Source: Pocillopora damicornis
Lineage: Eukaryota
Direction of reading: 5' to 3'
Length of the DNA stretch: 64,000 nt
Assembly: GCF_003704095.1 (NCBI RefSeq)
Contig: NW_020845867.1
Coordinates: forward strand, 806,001-870,000
Shown here: piece by piece, positions 1 to 11,200 of the stretch
Layout of the letters: each line of letters begins with the position of its first letter
How positions within the stretch are numbered: position 1 is the first letter of the stretch
Translations under genes and position numbers: made by a program
The notes under the pieces: generated by a model
Told to the model about the DNA's origin: nothing
The model's input: the letters and a program-made list of their open reading frames with translations, nothing else
Databases searched by the model: none

Positions 1-7
1 GCCCTTT

Positions 8-100
8 GCTCTGATGAAGGGCTATTACTTGAAACATCAGCTTTGAAACTCTTTATGATGGCCAATTTACATTATCAACTCAGTTGATGATACTAAATTG
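8..100 (+). repeat. Degenerate Penelope-associated repeat with a minimal type I hammerhead-like core
   Basis: gct-CTGATGA-agggctattactt-GAAAC-ATC-agc: conserved core boxes and GCT/AGC stem I are present; the ACGT palindrome has decayed to ACAT. Confidence 0.55.
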
Positions 101-380
101 TGCTTTTTGTTGAGCTTTTTGGCTGATCAAAGCAAAGTTTAGCCTTTATACAAACAAATTAAACTCAAGCTCATCCCATGATCATCACAGTGCATGAAGT
201 GCAAGCACATCATGAGTTCCATTCATGACTATTACCTGTTACCAGTAAATAAAAGTATCTTTTTGAAATTAAATAAACATAACACAGAAGAATTGCATTG
301 ATTTTTGTCTGCAGAATTAGGCAGTTCCATGAAGCGGAAAAATACATTTTGTCAAAATTTTATTGTATTTTATTACAAAC

Positions 381-3211
381 CATCCAGTGGGGTTCTGAAG
401 AATTCCTTGTTCATTTTGTACTGTTTTGTAGACAACTTCAGGTGTAACTTGAATTTCTGGTGGCTGTTGTTTAAATATTCAGGAAACAATAACGACACCA
501 AATACAAAATAACACAGACATGTTTGGTGTTCCCATTAGGACAACTTTACAACGACAGTTACTGTAAAGGCTATATCCTGGTATCAACTCAACAACACAA
601 GAAGCTTAAAAAGTAAATTTCTAACCAAGTGTAAAAAATATTGACAGGAATGTTTCATTTTACTCAAAACCACTTCACTCCTTCCTTCTTCACAAAGATT
701 TTCTTGTTTCAAGCCTCTGACTTCCATTAATTAACTCTTTGACCCAAAAGAATGACTAACATCTAATTTCTCTTTACAATAGCACCCCTGAGTCATACAT
801 TAAGGTCATGAGAATAAAGGAAATGATCACCAACTTGAGTCAGCACCTTAAGAAATGTTTAGAGCACAGTAGGGAGAATGCGCTGTATGTAGCAACTACA
901 GCCCACTGGAATGCACCAACAAAAGGAAACCAAAATGCTATAGATATTAAGACACGATCATTAAACACTGCTTGAAATGTCACCATCAAAGATTGATATG
1001 ACTCTTTCTTAAGAAGTGAACAAACAAGCAGTATACTATATCTAAATTTAACTCTTGTGTGTGACATTATATCAATATCAGGATACATCAGTCAGTTACC
1101 CTGCCTCAAAAACAGACCTGTTGGCTTGTATGAGCTTGAAGGAGTTCTCTATGTTTGATCTGGGAAACTGTCTGGTGAGAATGAAGAGAGAAATACTGTA
1201 ATACAAATTTGCAGAACATTAAAACCACCAGACAGGTGAGTATGTAAAATGCTGCTATTTTCAGGCCTGAAAGACAGGTGAGTATATAAAATGCTGCTAT
1301 TTTCAGGCCTGAAAAAAAAAAAACCTGAAATTAAGCCTGTGGATTGGAACTTGTCTAGAGCCTTAGCAAGAAAATCTACTGAACTTACCTGGAAACCATG
1401 TAAGAGTTTTGTTAAGACTTGTCTTTTTTCTTAAAACAGTCCATTTACCAAAAGATCTCACATTTTGAACCTTAGACATTTTAGACTTCTCATTACAATG
1501 TAAATGTAACTCAAACTGAAGACAATTCATGGAAATTGATTTTACCAGTGTGTCAGGGCTCCTAACACAAAACTAACCTAAGTTGTCATTTGGCAAACTT
1601 TAAATTGTAAAATGGTCAAGAGACTTATTATTTAAAGTCCTGACCTTTAATCTCTTTTGTTCCATTGCAGCTTCAAATTCCTGGAGTTTCTTGTTGACCT
1701 CTTCTTTGTAGCTACAAAGAATGAAAATAATTACCTGAGTGTCTTTAATGAGTATGCTGAACAAGTTTTATCCATAACTCTGGTGTTTCCCAAATGATAA
1801 ATAATAACTAAACATACACTGTAATCATACAAAAATACAATAAAAATACTAGTCCATGGAATTCACCAGAATCAAAGAACAAACCTGTTAAACTTCTCTT
1901 TATTGATTAAGAACTTTTCTTTAAGATTTTTGTCTGCTCCATTTTCCCACCAGTACTTATGAAGATTTTTGCTGTGATTCTCACTAGAGATAAAATACAA
2001 AATCTATTATTCTAGCAACTTTTACTCTGCTTTTTAGAACAAAAGTAAGAGGAGGAACCAATCTGTAAGTTCTAGAGTAAGTCCAGTCGTTTGAGGTATC
2101 ACAATTTCCAAAAGAGGCATTAGATCAATTCTTCATATCAAACAGGTGTAGTGAATGTAATTATGCAAAAAATATGCAGACCAAAGAATCAAAAAAATTT
2201 GAAATTGGGAGGACATTTACAGGAGTAGCTCAGTTTCTTTGTGATTTTAACTTTATCTTGATTCACTGGGAAACTGCACAGCACTAAAGTACCAGCTCTG
2301 TCAGCTCGATCACAGATGGCTCAGTTTATTATGTACTGAGACAGAAGTTGGTAAACATTATGAAAAAGTAACTGCAAACCAGTATGAGGACAGGTAGATA
2401 TAGCAATTCCCATTGTGAGGTGTTCAGAATTGTTTTAATCTTAGTTTCTATGACAGATTTTAATCTCTAAACAAGTCTTAGGAATTCAAAATTGGTTTTA
2501 ATTTTCACACAAGATCAAAGACACCTCTTTATGAAATGATAAATGCAGTCTCTTTTATAATCATTGAAAAAGCATGGAAATATGCAAATGTAAAAATATC
2601 ATTGTCTGGGAAAGATTTAATACCTTGCAAAGTGTTCAAAGAGTCCACCATACTTGATAGTAACTTCTCTATCAGTGACATGTTTATTAACATTCTCACT
2701 GCAGAAGTGACACCAAAATCTTGACCCTGGCTCTAACTCACCATCTTCAACAGATGGTTTCTTCAGAAACCTTCTGGCTTCGTCAACCTAAAAAAAAAGG
2801 TAAAACATAAAAATTTTGTGACACTTTTACCCAGGTTTAACCTTGATCTGGTGAGTATTCCCAATTTAGTGACATTGTTCTCCCCCCATGGGGAAAAGAG
2901 GTGCTGGCAACAGATCAACCATTCATGGTGCTTTTATCATAGGATACTGAAATCAACTTTGACAATAAGGGGAAGAGAGGTGCGAGATAAAAAAAAAACA
3001 ATAAATTAATTTTCAAAATGTGATAAAGAAGAAACACTTGCATCTTTGCATATCAGCCCACCTTTTTGCCAAATTTAATCAGGATCTGGCTCAGCAAGCT
3101 CCTATGCTTTCTTGAGTAAATATGTTTTCTCCCTTGGTCGTGGTTTATACGGCAAATAATGCAGAACAGAAATTGTCCCTTCGGACAGTCTTCTGCGTTG
3201 CCATCCGCCAT
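381..3211 (-). CDS. CENATAC: Centrosomal AT-AC splicing factor / CCDC84 (partial; 3' exons lie left of the window)
   Basis: GT-AG exons 3211-3062, 2787-2624, ~1983-1885, ~1711-1645, ~1172-1119 and 463-381 give MADGNAEDCPKGQFLFCIICRINHDQGRKHIYSRKH..VDEARRFL..FWCHFC..YGGLFEHFASENHSKNLHKYWWENGADKNLKEKFLI..ILQNPTGW. This matches the two CCDC84 zinc fingers and the WWEN..KEKFL motif. Exon 5 boundaries are uncertain. Confidence 0.88.
731..880 (+). mobile_element. Truncated piggyBac-like MITE (family B)
   Basis: Shares the core ctaatttctc..acaat..cacccctga..cattaaggtcatgagaataaaggaaatgatcacc with the copies at 6737 and 54386. Confidence 0.7.
1231..1314. repeat. 42-bp tandem duplication
   Basis: gacaggtgagtat(g/a)taaaatgctgctattttcaggcctgaaa occurs twice with one mismatch. 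Confidence 0.95.
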
Positions 3212-3878
3212 AATGAATATTTCCCACAAATCATTTCAAGCTGTGTGGTTTACCGCTGTCCTTCAATATGCTGGCTCTTGTCCAAGGATATAGTGCCACA
3301 GTTATTAGCATCTGTCGGAAATATTTCTTTATTCTTCAAGTCAAATGTATGAAACGCTAGTTTTTACAATCGGAAAAGGCTTTGCGGTGTGGAAGCCTCA
3401 CAGCAACAGACAGCTTTTTATACTTGGTGCTCAGATAACGTGTCTATCGTGATTTACAGGACAATGGTTGTTGACATTGGTTGTCGCCTGTCACTGGACG
3501 GAATATACAGAGATCATCGCGGTCTATTATTGTTAGAGGACAGCTGACATGCAGCTGAAACGGAACAATAGCTCTCATGACTATTTAATGAGGTAACCTG
3601 CTTGCCTAAAGAGAAGCAAATTAGCCCAGGATTATGAAACGAAAGAGACCTACTTTTCATTTTTCGCACACAGAGCGATTGTTGACCTATAGTGTTCTAC
3701 CATATGTCAGTAATGAGTTGCAAAGAAGAGTTAATTGGCTAAGCGCTTGAAAAGGTCCTTAGGGAAAGAGATGTTTCCTGCTGTTTGTCTTTCGTTCCGG
3801 AGGAAAGGCAAAGAGTAACAACCGGCCCGTGCTTGTTGAATGTAATTATGGCAACTGACTAAGTGAATTTGTGTAAGT

Positions 3879-6649
3879 ATGGCGGGAACTTCTGTTGAGA
3901 GTAACTCCAGCCTGGAGATATCGAGCGGAGCGTCGGGTTATCAGGCTATTTCTCCCAACGATAATCCTTCTTTAAACGCAGATGGATTTGAATCTGAGCC
4001 CTTCTTGTGTCATCACCACGGAACTGTTTGTTCGGCGCGTTCTGCCACTGCTGCGGAGAAATTCACTTGGTGCAAAACGGACGATGATAACTCGCCGAAT
4101 GGAGAACTTATACGGGCATTGAAAGACTTCAAAGCGAGAAGCCTTGCTTTAAAAGCAGCTCTAGAGGATGAAGCCATGGTAAATGATATTCAGAAGGAGT
4201 TGTCTGACTACGTGTGTAGTTGCAGCGACCCGAAATATGTCCACTTAGTCAGTGGGTACCATGTGGAGTGCATTGAAAAGTTCTGTTCTAAGAAGGAGAC
4301 CTTCACGCAATACCACGAAAATCGATTTAAAACCTACTCTGACGTTGGATCGACCAAAGCTAGTAACCATGTCACTAGTGCAGTCGCCCCTGAGGAATTC
4401 TACAAATATTCCTTCTACGGTGTGAAACATTGGAACTACTGCGCAAATGATGAAGACATTGGCGCAGTAATAATTACGTTGAAACCCGAAGTAACCAACC
4501 CACACTCAAAGGGATCATTCAGGTAAAATATTGTATCATTATTACACTGTAATACCTTTAACTGAAGGCGAATTCCCTAATTTGTGCTTTGATTTGCATT
4601 TTGACGATGACTATTCTTAAATTTAACCACATTGACAAGAATAACAAATAAATACAGGACCAGGCGTGAATTACGTAAATTACGTCACATGTTTATCAAG
4701 TTTTTCTCGGTAAATCATAACTTTTCGAAACTCCCAAAATTTACAACATTTCAATTGCCTTTCATTTTATTTGAAATTAAACCTGAAAATGATCCATTGG
4801 AAGGTCATTTCCTCTACGCAAAGAAACTCGATAATATCAGCCCTTGAATGTGTCCGTGCCTTATCCAAAAAGACAGATGTATCACTTTTAATCTGATCTT
4901 TGACTTTTTGGAAGGTTTCATTTTACCAGTTCATTTGGCATGTTCTAAGCCAATTTAAATCCTGTTATTTTATGTGGTTGCCAAGTTTATTTTAATGGTT
5001 TTACTGACATTTCATAAATATCTACATGTATCTTCAGCCATAAGGTAAACAGTTGGTAAAATATTTAATTAACCTTAATCTAACTTTCATTCATCACTTA
5101 TCTGGCAATGAAATGTCTGGTGTTGAGTGTTGCATTTAATTATGACCACCTACAGATGGTAAGGGAATTATCTATCATATGATTTAGTGCTTGAGGTGCT
5201 CTAGATCTGTATGAATAATTAAAGCACATAAGGTGTTGACATGAATAGATTGTAAAAACTTATTTGAGACAATATGATACATCATTTATGCTAAAAATCC
5301 CCTTTTAATTATTTTTCCACATGTCTTAAAATAATTGTTTTTAGAAATCAGACCTTGATCATTAATTTGTTCACTGGATGAGCTGAAATGTCGTCAATAC
5401 TATGTTTTGAGAGAACTTCTCCATTACTATAGCATTTAAGTCACATTAACATCAACAGTTTTATTTCAACTTACAGGAGAGTAATCTAGTTCATGAAAAA
5501 TATATAATATACCAAAATTTCTTGACCTGGTAAAAAAAAGTTTCACTGTAATTAATTAATCTTAATCTCTGAAAACAAATTTCAAGTGACAGCTACATTT
5601 TCATTTCCAAAATTTTATTTACTATGCACTGGTTGTTCAAAGGTTGGATAATGCTATCCATTGGATAAAACCCTATCCGATGAATAATGCTTTATGTTTT
5701 GTTATTACTTATCCCCTGGATAGTGATTTTTCTATTGGATAGCATTATCTGCCCTTTATACAACTGGGCCCAGTTATTTTATGCTTCTATCCTTCCTAAA
5801 AGGATAATGGTCCGCTCAGCCCACAATCTTGTCATTGGACTGCTCTCTTGCTCAAGTCACCAAGTCAGTCTTTCAAGCAGAGATGATGTGGTACACTTTA
5901 TAAGTCAACAAGTTGATATTAAAGCCCCTGTCAAGCTGATTACAATACCTTCAGTACCAGCAGAGCTCCTCAAGATGGACAGTGTGAGTGAACCCTTTAC
6001 CTCTCCAAAGTGTTTAAGAAGTAACTTCTCCTTATCACATCTATCAATTATACAACAAAAAGATAATGAGAATTCTCAAACTTATCAGATTGAAGTTTTT
6101 GTCATGATTCAACACAATGTTCTCAGAACCAATTCACAAGGAAATGTGTAACAGTTTGAGTGGAGGATTAACAATTAGATCTTGGGAGTGAAAGGGTTAA
6201 ATTTGTATTTACAGCTTTAATAAGGTTACATTGTCAGAGTTATAGATTGTATGACTTAATTTTATGGTAGCAAGCACTCAGAGACTTCCTTGGGGAAACC
6301 AACTTGATCATAAAGGTTAATAATGACTGAAAAAAAAAATTGAAATTAATTTCTAAATTTTCAGGCATTCAACAAGCAAGCCCACAAATTTGGTGTGGTT
6401 TACATGAAGGAAGGACAGCAAACTGAGGAAGAGCTTCTTGGTAATGAAACTCATAGCAAAGCATTCGATGACTTTTTGAATCTGTTGGGTGAAAGAATCA
6501 GACTGAAAGGTTTTGACAAGTACCGAGGAGGACTGGATGGCAACAATGATCTGACTGGAAAATATTCTGTGTTTACCAAGTTTTGTAATAGCGAGGTCAT
6601 GTTCCATGTGTCAACTCTTCTACCATTTGAAGAATTCGACTCTCAGAAG
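3879..6649 (+). CDS. Rap1 GTPase-activating protein-like (Rap-GAP domain), 5' partial: exons 3879-4522, 5803-5983, 6365-6649
   Basis: The spliced frame gives FYGVKHWNY..IGAVIITLK..FRIMVRS..ELLKMD..HKFGVVYMKEGQQTEEELLGNE..FLNLLGERIRLKGFDKYRGGLD..EVMFHVSTLLPF, the canonical Rap1GAP/SIPA1 domain. The catalytic KRHIGND exon is not visible before the gap at 7520. Confidence 0.88.
5628..5771. mobile_element. Palindromic MITE (ggcccagttgt..ggata family)
   Basis: Imperfect TIRs ctggttgttcaaagg / cctttatacaactgggccc with internal ggata/tatcc repeats; a second copy lies at 51196-51322. Confidence 0.7.
5991..6200. mobile_element. piggyBac-like MITE (family A)
   Basis: Ends aacccttt.. and ..gatcttgggagtgaaagggttaa (CCCT/AGGG termini with TTAA). 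Confidence 0.75.
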
Positions 6650-6736
6650 GTATTTTGTTAAATATTTGCTAAAGGACATTTACCGTAGTTAGACGGCTCT
6701 CTTATATGGCTTTCACTTGTAGGTTGACACTTGTCC

Positions 6737-6947
6737 TCAACCCTTTAAACCCTGAGAGTGACCAGTGTCTAGTTTCTCCTGAAAATAATATTGCTGACTC
6801 ATTCAATTGAGATCATGAGAATAAAGGAAATGATCACCAACTAAAGACGCTTTTGTTTGTTAAACAAATTCTCCTTGTCAGCACCTCAGGAAATGTATAG
6901 ATAACAGTATGGAGGATGTCATACTGATGTTGGGTGTAAAGGGTTAA
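6737..6947 (+). mobile_element. piggyBac-like MITE (family B)
   Basis: tcaaccctttaaaccct..gggtgtaaagggttaa, ~210 bp. Confidence 0.75.
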
Positions 6948-7122
6948 TGGACACCTCCTGTAGGTTGACACCCATGTGAAGTGGATACCTACTGTAGTTG
7001 AAAACCTTGTACTCATGAACATCTTATACAGGAGGATGCTCCTCCCAGTAGTTGGTCCTTAGAGCTGGACACCTCCTCAGAGGGCATCTCTAGTAGATGG
7101 ATGCCTTCTATGGCTGTACATC

Positions 7123-7333
7123 TTAATGCTTTAATTCCCAGATCAAATTTGTAATTCTCCTTACTGTCAATCATACAATTCTTATAATGTTAGTTCAGAG
7201 AATTTAGTATTGGATCAATTAGTTATTCCCAAATTGATATTTTCCTTTATTCTTATCACTTATCTGGTTGATGTTGTATTGATGTTATAAGGAGAAATTC
7301 TGTCTTGGTCACTCATGAGAGTTGAAAGATTAA
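7123..7333. mobile_element. piggyBac-like MITE (family A)
   Basis: Internal tcagagaatttagtattggatcaa..ccccaaattgat core shared with 46866 and, as reverse complement, with 50576 and 52053. Confidence 0.7.
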
Positions 7334-8252
7334 GTAGACTCCTCCTTTTAGTGTACCACTTAGCAGGTGGACATGTGCATTAGGTAGGCACCTATTCATG
7401 CATGCCTCTATTTTGTATAGGTAATAACATGATTTCAAGTGGAATTTGGTGTTATTAGGCAGGGATAAATTTTCAAAGACAACAAAATTGCATGAGCCCA
7501 CCGTACAAGTTCAATTTTTNNNNNNNNNNNNNNNNNNNNNNNNNNNNNNNNNNNNNNNNNNNNNNNNNNNNNNNNNNNNNNNNNNNNNNNNNNNNNNNNN
7601 NNNNNNNNNNNNNNNNNNNCACCCAATGAGCCTTTCTTTTGAACGCCGTTTCCATTGAAAATGCTGAATTTAAGGTTGACAGTCATAGACACCAAATCTT
7701 GCTTCACGAAGTTAAGGTAAGCAGAGAAGGGGGCTTTCTCGAATATCGAAAATATATTTGACATTCCCTTTAGATTATAGTATATACGCTATATAGTGAT
7801 TATAAACTGTTTATAACCTCTAAATATACGCTAGACTACAGTTAGTTCCTCTTTTTGGGGAAAGTCCGTGGCGCAAGTTAAAAAAAACTCGGCGAAAGAA
7901 AAATTGATCGATAATGTTACAACGCCCCGCGAAACTAAGGGAGTGGGTCGTGCGAAGGACTTCGCCGGAAAGAGCCAATGCTCGAAGGCTATACATACGC
8001 AGTAGCAGTGTTGTGGTAGTACTGGGAATAATGGGGGAAATGCGAAGCGTAGGCCTCTCGCAAGTTGTATCACAAGAATTGCAGCTCCGAAGACAACATG
8101 AAAATTCATGTGAGTACGTACGTCTCCTTACCTTCTCGAAACCTTTTAGAGGTAGCCTGGGATCGAAGTTGAATCGTTGATGAAGTTCTGATGCATTCTG
8201 GGAGTAGCTTTTAATCTTGAAACGAAACTTTGAAGAAATAATACGTCACGAT

Positions 8253-11200
8253 ATGTTAGATCTTTTCACTATATTTTCTAAAGGAGGCATCGTTCTTTGG
8301 TGTTTTCAAGGAACATGCCAATCCTTTACACTTCCAGTCAATGAACTCATTCGCAGTGTTATTTTACAGGTGAGTCTTTAACCAGGAATTTTGCCTTTTC
8401 ACCGGCTTGTTGATTTCCTATAATGGTGTACGTAGCTTTAAGTTGATGCTCTACGAAACGGGAAATATATTTTACCGCTCACTTAGCAGACGGTTCAAAT
8501 GATTTTCGTAGATATCAGACCACGGTATCAAGTCAGAAATATTTTTGGATGCTTCATGGCCGGGTGTTATTTGAAAGGGAAAGACAAATTTGTATTTTTA
8601 ATCTTATTTAGGAACGTGGAGGGAGCAATTCATTCACCCACGGCTCTCTAACGCTGAAATATAAACTCGACAATGAGTTTGAATTGGTGTTTGTTGTAAG
8701 TAGATGTATGATTCGTAAATTTAAAACTATTTTCCTTTGTTTTTTATTTTGTTTAAATTAATTTGAATTAACTCTGAAATTTATTGTCTTTGTTTTCTTT
8801 TTTTTTTAATACTTGGCTGATCTGAGTGATTTTTTCGGCGAAGGTTTTTGACCAGCCCAGCCTCATTTTACATCTTGAACCTAAGTTGATGCCATAGTCT
8901 ATTTTCATGCTCTTTATATGGTTGAAAGTAAAAAGTTTTGGGGTTGAAGTCCAGTTAGTCTGAAATCTTACAGTGTGAGTGAGCATCATGAACACAAACC
9001 AGAGTTGTTAAGCAGGAATTTCCTTATATATGATAAGCTGAATTATACTCCTGTTTTGAGTGGTTCTTACTCATGATCTGTTAGAAGAGAGACCCATGGA
9101 TGATGTCACCATTAAAAACATTTTGCTTTTTTTGGTCACATAAAACAAATATATTCTATGTTGCCATGGGTCTGTACAGTAATAGATTTCAGAAGACCTC
9201 AAATTGTGGTAAGAATATCAGTGATGCACTCGCCTGTGTCTCATGTGCCCCTTTTTTGTTCTTACCTTATTTCAAAGTCATCTGTGATCTATTACTAAAC
9301 AGAGGCATAGCAACTTAAAATCTATTTGTGAAGTAGAAGGGTAAATTTTTTTTTTAGTTCTTCTTTTGTTCAATTTTTGTGACGAGGAAAGGGGCTTAGT
9401 TTAGTTGAGCAACATTGAAAGACAAAACTGCTGTAAGGTGTAATTTCTGACAGTTGAGTGACATGGGAATGAATTAGTGGAAGAGGTTCATGTGGCATCA
9501 TGGAAGTTTTGGATTATTTAGGTGTTTTGTGGGAAAATTAAGTCATTCTAGGTTGGTCAGTCTTATGTTAGACTACTTTCTTTTTTTTTGTATTAATGTA
9601 ATTTTTGTTTCCAAATCCCTGTAAAATATCACCACATTCATTGAGTTTTCTTTGTGATTAGCAATGTAACCAGGTTAGTTTACCCTTTCCTCAGGGTATT
9701 GTACTGCTGCATTAGATGAGGAATACGTTAGCCTCTTGTAAAGAGTGGCTTTTTAGTGGTTTTTTGTATTTGGCTTAGCACAGGTTCTTTTTGTAGAACC
9801 CTTAGTTTTCAGTGTACACATGTTATGGTCATATTAGGATGCATATACTACAAGACTGGCTGACTCATCCTAATTAAAATTTCACATTGAATAACTCATC
9901 TGAGTGTCGTCAGAATTGATCATTTCTGTATGTGGGAAGCCACTTTGTAAGAGGTCTTTGGGACCTCATTGTTCCCCTACATGACCTGTAATTAGTTGTA
10001 ATGAAATGAGTCTCACATGAGATGAGTCAGCTTCTCATATCTTTACCAGAAAACTATAATGTAACAGGAAAAATAGTATGTAGATTTTTATTCATGAGTA
10101 ATTTCAATCCATCTCCTCTATCGTCAGGTTGCGTTTCAGAAGACGTTACAACTGTCATATGTGGATAAACTACTAAATGACATCCAGCTAGAGTTTAGGG
10201 ACAAATACAAAGATGATCTTGAGGCAGGAATTATGAGGAATTATGAGTTCAATGAAGATTTCAACAGATTGCTCAAAGAAGCAGAATTAAGAAGCAAGTT
10301 AGAAGCGCAAGCCCCTGCAAAAATGAAAACCTTTGAAGAATCAAAGAAGTCACAGAAGACGGTGGCTTCACTCAAGATTGACAAGAATGAGAAGAATAAA
10401 GAAAGTGGCAAATCTGGAAAGAAAGGTGGAGCTAAGAACAAAAAGGCAGAGGTCATGGAAGAAGGTAAGAGCATGTTTCATTCACTACTGTATTTTTGCT
10501 ATTATGATAACATAGATACAACCTTTCTGAGTTTAAGCAAATGTGAGTATATGAAAGTCATATATTTGAACTGTGGATAAATACGTGAATATGAAAGAGA
10601 TCTTCGCAGTAATGAACACTACTTGAGCTGTAGTGAAAATAAGGCCTGAAAAAAAATTCCGTACAGGCCTGAATTTTTTTTCAGGTCTCATTTTCACTAC
10701 TGCTCTAGTAGTGTTCATTACTGCGAAGATCTCTTTCATATACTCACATTTGCTCTTTCTTTCTTTGCTCTCCCTGATAAAGAAAGAATCTCAGAGGGTC
10801 CCTTACATAGATCAACAAATCTCCCAGGTAAACAAGACCTTTTGAAGAAATTCAACAGAAGTGATTAACATGTAACTTCTCCATATGATATCCATATGTT
10901 ATTTAGCAAAGACCTTAGCAGTATGTATCACTAAACTTAAATGATAGTCTTTTGAATAGTTTTTGCTAACAGTGTTGTAAATTAATTCAAACAGTTGATT
11001 CAAAGCCATCCAATGGAAAGACACCCTCAGCTGAAGGCAAAAATGATACCACAAATGAGGAAATGATCAGATTAAATCGGGAAAAATTCTTTAAGAAGAT
11101 GACAAAGGGTCCAACAATCAGGTTTGAACCTTATTTCTGACTGTAAATATATGCAAATCATATATGTGACCTGCAGTTTAAGAAGAAGATTTGTGGTGTA

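Noticed and set aside
5687-5802. Hydrophobic signal-like N-terminus of the 154-aa ORF
   Set aside because: It is translated MITE/intron sequence; only 5803-5983 is the Rap-GAP exon.
10533-10845. Mirror-image ORFs on both strands ([18 protein letters not shown])
   Set aside because: Both come from the palindromic element, not from a gene.
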